64,000 nucleotides of DNA from Podarcis liolepis (lineage: Eukaryota), in assembly GCA_965112155.1 (NCBI GenBank), contig OZ218111.1, one strand, 5' to 3'. Positions 1 to 12,327 of this stretch are shown one piece after another. Numbering within the stretch: the first letter of the stretch is position 1; the number at the start of each line of letters is the position of its first letter. Below the pieces are notes generated by a model that was given only the letters and a program-made list of their open reading frames with translations, was not told the DNA's origin and did not search any database. A program made the position numbers and the translations under genes.

Positions 1-766
1 TCTCTCTTTAAAAACAACTTGGTTTTAAATAATAATTCAATTTAATATATAGCCGATCCTGTAGCCTGTACTTCTAATCTCTTAAAACTGAATGTTGGTA
101 ATCTATCAAGTGCATTGGAGGATGATTCTAATAATGGACTGGAAAAAGTCCTGGACTGGCAGATAGACATGTAATATACCTGGAACTATTGAAGCTTTTT
201 GAGGGAAAATGCTTTTTCTGGGTGGTTTGTTTTGTCTTATCTTGGGGAACAGATTTGGTTTTTTATAAACCCTCTTTCATATAGTATTCCAAGGCTTTTT
301 AATAACGGAAATGAACAGTAACTACAGAAACAATTTAAAAATATTAGCATTCCAGTAAAAATCTACAAAAGCAGGGGTGGGGGGGAGAATGCAAGAAAAT
401 CATAGTTTCAACCTCTGGAAGGCAGTATAAAAGCAAAAAATAAAAGTAACCTAAAAGTCTGATGGGTAGCATGGTCCAGATGTGTTGCTGTATTCAAGTT
501 GTGCAAAGTTGCTACTTAATTGTAAACCAAAATGTTTTCATTATTAGAGTAACTACTTGAGTGTACATGTGTTCAGGAAATATGTGGATTTCAAATGGGA
601 TACTTGATTTTCATAAATGTATTTTACCCAAGTCATTAAAATCCAGCTGGCCAGTGCTGAAACGCTGGCTCCCAGTTCTGAGGCCAGGCTCCTGGAAAAC
701 AGGTAGAAAAGCAAATAGCAATTGGGAGGGTAAAAATAAGGCTTTATTTGATATTTTGTTTTCTAG

Positions 767-832
767 GGATACAAGAAACGGTTGAAAGAGATATTTGAAG
801 AAGCAGGCTTTTTTAAATTAACTGGAGAGAAA
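767..832 (+). CDS. unidentified gene, internal exon
   Basis: ag/GGA...AAA/gtgagt, 66 nt, GYKKRLKEIFEEAGFFKLTGEK. Confidence 0.65.
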
Positions 833-2127
833 GTGAGTGAGGGAAAGAATACAAAGCCTCAACGCCTGGAATTTGATTCACTGGAAAAGTGCAATAAGGT
901 ACAGAAATTGGTGCCTGGGATGCTAGGCTGGTGCATTGTGGCTGTTGTTTATCATTCTGCATTCTTCTTCCTGTGCTGTTTCAGTGACTTGGTCTATTAA
1001 AAAAATAGGCATAGACTGAGTGGGAGGTGTGTTAGAAGTTGCTGGAATGAATAGCATCAGTGAACGTTGCCCAGTGCTTAAAAGTGCTATGGATGCGGGT
1101 AAAGAGTGGCAAGGCCCCGACTGGGTTTCAAGCCTGCTATTAGAGTGACTCTTCCAGACATAATCATTATCTTGATGACGTAAAGGGCATCTGCTTTGCT
1201 TTTGTTTTCATGGCTTCTCTATTTGGGCATTTTGTAATTTTTGAACTTTTATGTTAAATTGTTACTTGTATTTGTGGATAACCATTGCCCTCTTATTTTC
1301 TAGGAGTACAAAGAACTTTCTAAAGATCTGAAGCGGCTTACAGATTTACTTACTCAACATGGAATTTCATATGAAACAAGCCTGAGTAAGTTGAGCAAAA
1401 TTATTTCCTCCTCCCACACAACACTGATACAGTGGTACCTCAGGTTACAGACGCTTCAGGTTACAGACTCCGCTAACCCAGAAATAGTACATCGGGTTAA
1501 GAACTTTGCTTCAGGATGAGAACAGAAATCACACGGCAGCAGCGGGAGGCCCCATTAGCTAAAGTGGTGCTTCAGGTTAAGAACAGTTTCAGGTTAAGAA
1601 CGGACCTCCAGAATGAATTAAGTTCTTAACCCGAGGTACCACTGAATTGGCAGTCTTAGTTAACACTTATTTGGGAATAAGTCTTGTTGAACGTGGCAGG
1701 CCCAAACATTGGCAGTGGAGGGGAGGGGAGAATGACGTAGAGGCAGTATTTAACTTTAACTTGTTTTTACTCCTTCAGTAACATAACATGTATAGTTTAT
1801 AACTTAGGCTTCAAGGTGGGTGACGTGTTGAAAGGGCTTGAGGTGGGGAAAAGCCAGGTTCAGGGTAGGGGAAATGACAGAGCATCCTTCTGAATTCATC
1901 CCAGTCCTAGTATTAGTTCTTGGTTGGGTGGGAAAGCTGTAGCTGGCTTATGGGATCAATGGTCTGAGCTTGGTATAAAGTAATTATCTTCTTATATTCT
2001 AGATGGAAACAGAGATGATAACCGTGCCACTCAGGCAGTTGTGACAGAAAAGCCAGCTCTTACTGTTGTTTCAAAGGCTGATTGGCACCTGCGTGGAGAC
2101 ACGGGAACATGGAACGACTCCCTCTAA
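767..2127 (+). CDS. 3' coding exons (767-832, 1304-1385, 2003-2127) of an unidentified gene
   Basis: Three exons with pyrimidine-rich acceptors (ttttctag, ttttctag, tattctag) and consensus donors (gtgagt, gtaagt) join in phase to give GYKKRLKEIFEEAGFFKLTGEK/EYKELSKDLKRLTDLLTQHGISYETSL/NGNRDDNRATQAVVTEKPALTVVSKADWHLRGDTGTWNDSL*. Confidence 0.7.
1304..1385 (+). CDS. unidentified gene, penultimate exon
   Basis: ag/GAG...CTGA/gtaagt, 82 nt, EYKELSKDLKRLTDLLTQHGISYETSL. Confidence 0.7.
1430..1644 (+). mobile_element. Tc1/mariner (Tigger/pogo-like) MITE
   Basis: TIRs CAGTGGTACCTC...GAGGTACCACTG, preceded by TA; same family as 37310-37535 in the opposite orientation. Confidence 0.85.
2003..2127 (+). 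CDS. unidentified gene, terminal coding exon
   Basis: Acceptor tattctag; frame continues from the phase-1 exon to TAA at 2125-2127. Confidence 0.65.
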
Positions 2128-2586
2128 GGAAAAATCCCCCTGGACAACTCGCTCAGCATTTGGGGTTTTCACAGCAATTAGAATTTAATGCACATTGTGT
2201 GGTTGTACTTGGGTTATGGAACCTGTGACCCCTCAGATGAGGCTGGAGTATAGCTTCCATCTTTCAGCATAGGCCACGCTAACTGGACCTGAAGGGAACT
2301 GGGATTGAACAAGAAGCATATAGAATGTCACAAGTTTCCTATCCCTCTTCTGTACCCCACAGGGAAGAGCAGAAACTGTTAAATATAGGACAGTCTTTTC
2401 AGCAGGCCAATATCTGGTAGGAGCCTCTGCTGCCAACTCAGGACTCTCTTTTGGAGTGAAGGCAAGTTGAAGCTGTGGCAGCCTTTTTGAGCTTTGTGTC
2501 TTATTGCTTCGTAACAGAGAATGCTGCAAGTGAGAGCAGCAGTCTTAAGTACTGTGTGGTGTCTTGGGCCAGAAGAGGATCCATCC

Positions 2587-2592
2587 AATAAA
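2587..2592 (+). terminator. candidate poly(A) signal of the unidentified plus-strand gene
   Basis: AATAAA about 460 nt after its stop codon. Confidence 0.5.
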
Positions 2593-2608
2593 TTCCAGTC
2601 CTTAGAAT

Positions 2609-2614
2609 TTTATT
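2609..2614 (-). terminator. candidate poly(A) signal of IQGAP1
   Basis: TTTATT on the plus strand (AATAAA on minus), about 770 nt after the IQGAP1 stop. Confidence 0.5.
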
Positions 2615-3384
2615 TAACAAAAGTGCATAGAGACCACAGTATAGGCGGAGGGACCCAATACAGGATTTATCCCAAAGGAACATTACAAATGACCAGTCAG
2701 TGTTGCAGGCATGCACTATGAAGAAAACTTCAAGCAGAACTAGCCCCCTATGCTTAATTTTACTCCTATTAATTCAGCAGGCCCCTCCACTGCTTTATGT
2801 GGATTGTTTCTACTAGGCTGCTAAAGCAAGAAACAACGTACTTGATTTCTGCCGCCGCTTTCATTCATTTCAGCGGGACACTGGGCACGGAGACTGCTGC
2901 TCCATAGGCCAGATCTGTTTATCCACCTTGACGAGGCTCAAAATTGCCCATCTTGCCTTCCTACCAAGAACCACCTACTTGATCACATGAGATGGCCCAT
3001 GGCCAGAGCAGAAGTGCCTCCAGGTGCTGTCTTGGTGGTTTGGTCACCTTAGTGGCCACCATAATGCTACAAGAATATCAAACTACACTACAATAGACTG
3101 GGGGGTAGAAGAGGAGGGAAAGTCCAAGACTTGGACTAAACACCCCCAAAGACAACAAACAAACCACTCAGGCTAATAATGGTTTAATTCTGGGTGTTGA
3201 GTACATGGGAAACAATATGCAGGAGGCGGTGCAGCCATACGTCAGGATGGGTGCAAAGATCTGGAACCAGCCGAGGTTGGCAATGTGGGAAGAGAGCTGC
3301 TCGTTTTGGGAGCCACTGGTGGGTGAAGCAGCTCACAGAAAGAAACTCATAGCTCCTTTTCCACAGACTTCCAAGTAACAAGAG

Positions 3385-3498
3385 TTACTTCCCATAGAAC
3401 TTCTTGTTTAGGAGAAAAATGAGGAGATTGACATTCACTTTTGCTCGGTCAAACAACTTCATGACAGCCACACCTTCATACTGGAGCTGCAACAGATC
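3385..3498 (-). CDS. IQGAP1: IQGAP1 exon 38 (coding part, stop TAA)
   Basis: DLLQLQYEGVAVMKLFDRAKVNVNLLIFLLNKKFYGK*. Confidence 0.96.
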   Translation of the reverse strand, partial: DLLQLQYEGVAVMKLFDRAKVNVNLLIFLLNKKFYGK

Positions 3499-4823
3499 CT
3501 GTGGGAGCCAGAGGAGGGGCGGGGAGAGAAAGAGAGAGAATAAATTATCAGCTGCGGCTCCTAGGACACACCTGGTCAGCATACAGAGGCTTGGCCTGTA
3601 GCGTTCCTACATCTTGCCCAGTTTGGACCTCTGAGATGGGCAAATCATACCCAGCAGTCATTTCTCAAGTAACACATGCTATCATTTTTTTGTGATGCTC
3701 AGCGGAAGGGGAAGCTATCAAGCTGCTATAGTGAAGGGTTCTCTGTTTTGCACAGGGTGGGAAGGAACCCTATTCCATGCATTGATACTTCTCCAAAACT
3801 AATTTCCTCACTGGTAAAAGCATGGATGCCATCCCTGTTGGACATTCTAATTTTGTTTTCAGTAATTTAAGTGCACATTTTTCCTTAATGCTGCCAAATA
3901 AGAAAAAAAAATGGTTTTCCCATGTAAGAATGTACACATGCCATTTTGCTGAAATAAATTATTCTGGAAATGCCTCTGCACTGACTCTTCAACTCATTTC
4001 CAAGAAATGAGGATGGAGCACACAAGAAGGACTGTGAATGTTGCATTTGGCAGCAGATGGAAAGAGAACAGCAAGCCATGTTATGCCCCAGCAATTATAC
4101 CCCAGCTGCTTGATGCTTGCATACTTTCTGATAGCAGGCTAAATAGAGAATAAGTTGGCAGTGAATAGATTAAGCTTTAGGAGTTATTTTTCCTATGCAA
4201 GTTATATGCATTTGCACCATCCACTTTGCTCCCCGCCCCCCATATGCTCCCCTAAGATTATTTCAGCACATTAAAAAAGCTCTAAGAACCAAATTGGGCA
4301 AAAAGATGAAAATAATAACTAAACTCTTACTCCAATCTAGGATCAATAATTGATAATAGGACTATTCCTTAGAATCACTGCTGGAGATCTCCTTGCTCAC
4401 TAACTAGGCCAAGAGGGAAAAAGAGGAGGAATGAACTATTTAAAAATAAATAAATGCTATAGCTCAAGCACTGGGCATGGCAGGCCTGGAGGGTGGGAAG
4501 GAGGCCTCTGTGCCCTCCAGGAACAAGTCTGGAAGACACCATCTCCTGATCAAGGAGAAGCCTATTCTCAAACCGTTTTGCAATGTCCACCTGCATCGGG
4601 TGTGTGGGTGTGGGTGAAAAGGCATTTTTTCAGAAAACTGAAGCAGCCACAAAGCTGCTGCATCATCTGGTGCAAACAGGCAGCAAACCTCCCCACCACC
4701 TCCCTCCCGGGGCGGGGGGAGTGGAGAGTCATTTTTAAAATCCATCTATTTATGTAAAACTGCTAGCACATTTAAAAACATTGTCTTTGATAAATATACT
4801 TTTCATTATGGTCTGCAGCTGGA

Positions 4824-4860
<37 letters not shown>

Positions 4861-7800
4861 CAATCCAACTCAAGCATCACCTAGGGCCCACTGGGTCCCT
4901 CCCCTCGGAGTCTAAACACACAAGCACAGCCATTCTCTGCCTGATTTATTCTGGAGAAGATAGGCTAACATTTTGTTCAGTTAGTTCCCCAGCTTTCACT
5001 TTCTGCTTCCTTTGAAGAAGTGTGCTCCTCAATCTAATTTAGATAAACCTGGAATGCAGTCTAGGAGAATAGGTCATCATGATTTATTGTTAAATATCTA
5101 ATATCATCCTCTCCTTCCCCGTAACAGTTTGGAGACCCTGAACGAAATCCCCTGATGCAAACTCAGTATAAGGGTGGACTGTACAGACAACATCAAGATC
5201 CATACCTGATAATGTAGAATGAACGTCTCCATCTGTACACCCATGAACTTTGCTTTTACCTCAAAGTCTCCGACTTCTTCCGTTGGGCTAATTTCAAATA
5301 TCACATTTTTGAATCTATACAGTTTGGGGACAAAAAAATATGCTTATTGTTTTAATGTGCCATTGGGAGTTGAAGTGGAGAATAAAGGGTTATTGGATAG
5401 GAATTAAGTACTTGCACTAGAGAGCTTCAGTGTGGATTTCAGACTGGAAGAACTGAAAGCAATTGTATTTCTAGGTAAAATGAGTCCCTTACTTGACCTG
5501 TCAGTCACAACGGACTGTTTCCTTCCTCTCCCTTACCCCATGTCTGGGGAGCTTAGAGATTACTTTCAGTTTTATAAGACACCTGCAAGCAAGCACAGTT
5601 TTTGATGTCTAGTCCACAGAAGCACCATGAAGTGCTTCAGAGGTCTTCTACAGCTCCCACTTTGCCTCTGACAAGCCAAAAGTCCTTCTTAAGGAGCCCT
5701 ACTTGGCCTCAGAATTAGTCTAAATCTGATGCACACTCCTAGCAAATAGTTACACACAAACCCCCTAATCCATGAAAATGTTCCTTCCCAATTTTATCCC
5801 AGAATGCTGCTAACTGGGTGAGACTTGCCTCTGTGCATGCTGCTGTGATAAATGACATACTCACTGGCTGGCTTGAAGATCTTCAATTTCCAACAGGACT
5901 CCCTTTTCATGGAGCCGGGCTGCCGTGTATTTCAGGGAGATCTTTTTGCTCTTCTTTCCCTTCATCTCCCGTGGTTTTTTGGAAACCCTGAGGAAAAGAA
6001 GGACGGGCACCTCACTGAGAGGCATTCTCCCATTTGTAGGATTTGAGGTCTGACTTGACAAGCATGGAGGCTGACAAAGACTTGACCCAAGGCACTGGGT
6101 TTTGCCTCTCCCTCCCCACCTGGGGGGTGGAAATAACTCCCCCTGACTCCTGCTCTTCCTGCAAGCAGCTATTTGAGAGCTAACCCTCCTTGCTCTTACG
6201 CTCTTTGTCAAGTCACCATTTTTCTTCTCATCACCTGGCAATCCCCCCCCCTCTCCATTTTTTGTTTTCATGTCAGGAGGTTTCCCAAGGACCCAGGGTA
6301 CACCCACCCAACCCCACGCCTCCGGGGGCTGCCACTCACTTGCCCTTGCTGGCCAAGTTATCCAGGCACGTTTTGATATAGCTCTTGTAGTAATCCACCT
6401 GCTCCTCGTAAAAAGTCGCCTTGGAGGTGAGGGCGTTGTGGGTCTGCTGCAACTTCACCAGCTCTGCTTTTCTCCTTTGGCGATAGCGCCGCTGATTTCG
6501 AATGTCCTAGAGTTTGGGGGGGGGGAGCAGAAGGGGAAGGGGAAACAGGCTTACCTTCTAACTCATTCCCACCCAAGACATTCCAAGTGTGTGTACACAT
6601 ATGCATTGAGTAGCCACCCTCATCCCCAGTCGCCTTTATCCGTCACACAGCATATGCACCTGCCAGCACAAGCCTGCTGGCTGTTAGCTCCGTTTCCCTG
6701 GATGCCGCCTACCTTGGCCACATCGTTGATCAGATCCTGGTATCTGTTCTTGGGGTTCACTGTCCCCAGTTCAGTCAGCTTCTTCAGGGCCGATTTTATC
6801 TTTTCCTTCTTTTCTTGAAGGCTCAGGTTGCTGTCCTCCTTGACTGCTTTGGATTTCTTCATCTTGTCAGGAGTTTTGGCATCCCGAATGGCTCGCCTCT
6901 GCATGGCTCTCTGGTGTTCGGCTTCCTGGGTGGGGATTGGGGTGTCAGAAAGGCTGTTGCAACTGGTCTGTCCTGGTACACACATTCCTGCCCCGCCACC
7001 CCATCATACACAACCAGAGCCCTCTTGCTTGAGCCCTTCTCTTCTTTGAACAGTCAGTCACAGACTGTCGTTCTCCCTGGCCTGCGACACACTCTTGCCC
7101 CTTGGAGACAGGAAGACTTTGGCGTCTGCTCCAACATGACTACACCTCCTCCCCATTACCTGTTCAGCACTGGCTGGAGTTTCCAGGATCTCAGTCAGTG
7201 TCTCTCCTGGCTGGAAGCGGATCACATCCACAATTAAGCGCTTTGTGCTGAAAAGCAAAAGGAAAGGAAGAATCAACGTGCCATCGCTGAGCAAGTGCCT
7301 GTTGTCTCTTCTGCCAAATATGCACCATCAGGGAGATACTCAAAAGAGGAAGGAAATCACAGAAACACCCACCCTTGACAAATCACATCTCAGCGGCACA
7401 GAAAGATGCAGATGTTCTTACACGTAGACTTGCCACTGTGATTTTATGAACTGTGAGCCTGAAGGCTGGGTTACTGTAATGCACTCTACGCAAGGCTTGT
7501 GCAGGGGCTGTAGCTACTGCAAAAGGAGGCCCACACCACTAACTGGGGGGCACATGGAATGCTTATTTCATGTCTCCTGAAGGAGTTGCACTGGCTGCCC
7601 ATTAGCCCCTGGGCTGGGTTTAAGGTTCTGATGTGCAAAACCTCTGAAACAGCTTAGGACCAGGTGACTTGAAGGAGTGCCTTCTCCAGTACAGTCCCAC
7701 TGGTTCCTTATGACTGGGCTAAGGGAAGCGAGTTGCCTAATCTAGGTTTGCTCAGCATTAAGGTGAATCACAAGTGGGTTAGCCCTGCCAGCTAGCTGCA

Positions 7801-10800
7801 AGTCCTGCCTGCTGTCTTCACCACGGGCCTCAGAAGTCTGTTCAGAAGATTCTAAGCTCTCCAGCAGTCTGCCTGGATAAAGAGTCCCTTGAGAAAGGGA
7901 TCTTTCCTAGGAAAACTGGGCAAAGAAAACAAGACTGAACTGACACATCAGGAATGAGGAATGTACCCCAGCAGTCCTGATATTTAGTAAGTATGTGTAT
8001 GAATTATTCTGGATTGCATCAAAAGTTTGCATTCCTTATTCAGAAAGCTGTCAATCAATTTCCTCCTTGGAGTTCACACACTGTGCATGATGGCAACACT
8101 ATCTCTCACTACACCCCTAGTTTCTGGACACAGGTTGTATGGGCACAGGAATTTAAACTAATCCTTAATAAAAGCCCAGTGTGCTGCTGAATATCGCAGC
8201 AGTTGCTACGTATCAACATGTAGCAAACATGTACAAAGAGATGCAGACTTCTGTACACCTCAAATGGCTGCTAATTACATGTGGTGGATGATCAGAACCT
8301 TGGGACAACAACTTTGCCATCCTTTTGAGGACCCTCCCTCCCTCTTCCTCCTCTTAGATACATGATCATCAAATAGTGGAACCCAACATGTTGAGAGCAA
8401 GACACATTTTTAGTCATTTCACTTCCCTGAATACTTCTGTTATTTCTGGATGTTTCCATCTTTTGTGTTTTACCTAGAAAACTGTGTAGGGGATTCAGAG
8501 TGGAGAGATGCAGCTTCAGAATCTCCACTAAGCCATGAAGCTCACTGATAAGCTTTTGGCTCCCTCCAGCCACCTTGTCTTAAAGCCTGGGCAAATGCTT
8601 CGGTGAACTGGGACAGCCCCAGGTGCCTTGGATGTGAAAGTGAGACAGGTTCAGGAGCTGTCATGGCCCCTACTTACTTCAGCAGAATTGTCTTGGCATC
8701 CATCTCTGCGTTCTCGTCCCCAGGAACATCAAATTTGTTAGTCAGTGTGAGTGAAACTTCTGTCTTGGCCAACATCTCTTTACTGGCTGGATCATTCACG
8801 CTGCCAGATCCCTCTCCTTGGAGAAAAGCAGAGCACAGGAAGAGAGTGTGGTTGTTTGCTTCACTCATTTAGTCTCTTCCCCTATGAAAACTCATTTTTT
8901 AAGTAAGTGATTTTAAATGTGTGTGTTCCTGGGTGCCAGCTGTGTCTCTTACCTGGAGGACACTATTTAATCACCTTAGGAACAGCAATGTTGAAATGTG
9001 TCTGCATAGCTTTGGCTACAGAGGCCTCAATATGCAGGCAGGAGTAAGGCTGGTGGAGAGACATATTAGCCCTGCTTCTGGATTGTTTGTGGCTAGTGTT
9101 TTAGCACTCAAGAGATACACTTGAACTATGTTTCTCATTACTAAATCAGAAAAAAGCTCACCTATCAGAGATTCAATGGTGGACACCTCCCCCAGGTCAT
9201 CCAGAAGCTCATGAATAGGGTCATTGTGCTCAGGAGCGATGGCATCTTGATGGTCCAAAAGCAGCTAGTTTGTGAGTAACAAAGATTAGGCAAGTGAGCT
9301 GATAATAATAATAATATAACAATTTATTATTTATATGCCGCCCATTTGACTGAGTTGCCCCAGGCACTCTGGGCAGTTCCCAACAAGAAATAGTAAAAAC
9401 ACAATACAGCAGCGGTTCTCAACCTGTGGGTCGCGACCCCTTTGGGGGTCGAACAACCCTTTCACAGGGGTTGCCTAAGACCAGGCTACCCATGCTACAC
9501 CATGCTTCAAGACAAAATTTCATTTATTTGTAATTAGAAATAAATATTTCACAATATAATTACATATTGTTTTGTGATTAATCACTATGTTTTAATTATG
9601 TTCAGTTTGTAACAAGGAAAATACATCCTGCATATCAGATATTTACATTACGATTCATAACAGCAGCAAAATTACAGTTATGAAGTAGCAACGAAAATAA
9701 TTTTATGGTTGGGGGTCACCACAACATGAGGAACTGTATTAAAAGGTTGTGGCATTAGGAAGGTTGAGAACCACTACAGTACAGGATGAATAATAATAAT
9801 TTGTGCTTGTGATGTTTGTGATGTTTTTGTCTAGTTTCTGGTATTCTTTAGGAAAACTTTTTTATTTATACCAAGAGAGTAAGTCTACACCACAACAGTC
9901 CAATACACAAAGGAGACTTACAGTGTGTGTGTTTATTATTTCTCCAATGGAAATATAGATCACTGGCTTTGTGAGGGTCACCAAGTCTGAATATTCATCA
10001 ACATTGAACTTCTCTTGCAGCTCTGGGACTTCACAAGCAGCCTGGAAAAACCGCCTTCAGAAAGACAAAAGAGAGTTAACCTAATCTGGAAAGTCCCACC
10101 CCTGCCACCCCCAACCCAGCTGGTGATGCTTTTCTGCCCCATTTTGGCCAAATAGGTCTTCACAAGCACCATATTTTTCCTCCACCAGGAGATTCTCAGC
10201 TGGGGCGATTATAACACTTCGCATAAATCACTATGGTGAACAGTCCCAAGCAGCATCCTTTAAAACTGGAATGCAACACACTGGATGATGGGAACTGGAG
10301 TCACAACAACCTTGGCTTTTAAGTTTGACCACGAAGCACACTCACCCACCCTATTTGGTGAAAGAAAAGATAAAACTAAACTTGTTCTCAAGTGAGTCTC
10401 CCCTGCTAAAAATATTTCTGCGTGCCCAGTTCTCAGAAAGGAACCTTACTTCCCCAGGTGACAAAACTTTTGGGGAATCTGTTGTTGTGGCTACCTAAAT
10501 ACAAGGGTGTATTTCAGGAGAAATTCCCAAGCGAGGTTGGACTGTGAATTTACGCCAGTCAGCCATGTCTGTGCCATGTCAGAAGCAGGCAACTTCTTGT
10601 GGGACTTTACAAGGAAATGTGTCCCCCCCACCAGAGAAACAGATCTCCTCCTTCCTATCTGTTCTGAATAATTCACTGTCATTGGCCCCATCATTCCTTG
10701 CTGTAAGTCATTGTCACTCTACTTTACCTGAATTTCTGGTAGGACTGAGAAAGGTACTCGTTGATGATGCCTAGGTGCGCATTGTCCCCCAGGAACATCT

Positions 10801-12275
10801 TATTGGATGCTGCATGCTGCAACATTTTTGCAATGGAGCCGAGGTTTCGCCGTTGGTCTGTCGTCAACTGTCCTCCAGCTGACAGATCAATGATGTCAAA
10901 GGCATCTGGAGCCACAATGGCCGGGTTCATGTAGCGATAGTACAGAAGGTTGCCTACAATCTAGGGAAAGAGTCCTTTGTGACCTCACCTTGTCTGGAGG
11001 AAGCCACTTTCACCAATTCTGTCCCCCACCGCCAACCTGCTCAGTTGCACAAAGAGGCAGAGGGGAGGCAATAGGGCTTTAGAAAGGAAAGGAAGCCGCA
11101 GGCATTTGGGAGCAGGCAGGCAGGCAGCTGCTGTTTTCCTCACTTTGGAAGAGAATTAGCCACATTGGGAAATGCAGCTGAGACGCGGAAAAAGCCAGGA
11201 AGAGCCAGAAACAAGGCAAGGACTTGGCAAACGGAACATCCAGCACAGACGCCCCGGGGCAGATCATTTCTCAGCTCCGCTGGGTGGCTACATTAAGCAG
11301 GTGCCATTTGTCTGGTTGGAGACAGGCCAGGAAAGAAAGGGAGGGAGGGTTGGCTCGCACGGAAGTGCCCTGGAGCTATAATCTTGCCTCCCCAACAGCC
11401 TCAAAAGGCAGTAGTCAAAGAAAGCCGCAGGCTAGGAAGTTTTCGCTGCTGGACTATGGGGAATGGGCAGTGATCCATGGGCTAAGGGCTCCCAGCTCTT
11501 TCCCCAGAGATACGGAGAAGCCAGGAGTTCACAGGCCACTTTAATGAAAAAGTTGAATGGTTTCAGCTCATTGGCTGCTCTAGCAGCTCCCCCCACCCTG
11601 AATTATGCACTTCCATCCTGACTTTTTGCTGCTACCCTGTGGCCGCTGCAAGCTCCTCCGCCTGCTTCCCACCTAAAGGCATGCTTTAAAAAAGGAATTC
11701 ACCTGCAGAGAAAGCCTAGATTCGATGCTTCAGTGTGGGAAAGCACAGAACTAGAAGAGAAGAAGAAAACAACAGCATTCAGGTCTCTTTTTTAGAAGAA
11801 GGCACAAGATGGCTCTTTATCTTTGAGAGAAACTGCCAGGCACAGGTCACGACAGTCCCCAAAACAGGGCAGACCCACTGGACGGAAAGGCCATCCTCGT
11901 GAGTTCTCTCGGGCTTTAAACTTGTATGAGAAGAGAGTGCCACTGACCGTCCACCAGAGAGACATCCTTGCTCTTTTGAAAAACATTTTTTGAAAAAAAG
12001 TTTATTTGTCTACCTGAAAAGCTCTCTTTTTTAAAAAAAGGAAAGTGGCACAGGCTGCTGCTGAGACAAAGTGTGACCACTGGCTGCAGCTCTTTAGAGA
12101 GAAGGAAGAAGCCCAGCAGAGATAGATAGATAGAGAGATAGAGAGAGATGCAGTAGAAGCAGCGAGTCCACCCCCTCTGCTCTCAAAGCAGCCCCCACCT
12201 CCATGCTCACCTAGGTCGCTGGAGCTGCAAATGTGATTGACGGGTGGTCTGACCAAGAGAGCGCGAAGCAAGTGG

Positions 12276-12327
<52 letters not shown>

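Noticed and set aside
577-702. Possible extra exon of the unknown plus-strand gene (cag/GAA...CAG/gtag)
   Set aside because: No frame joins the 767 exon without a stop, and the intron would be only 64 nt.
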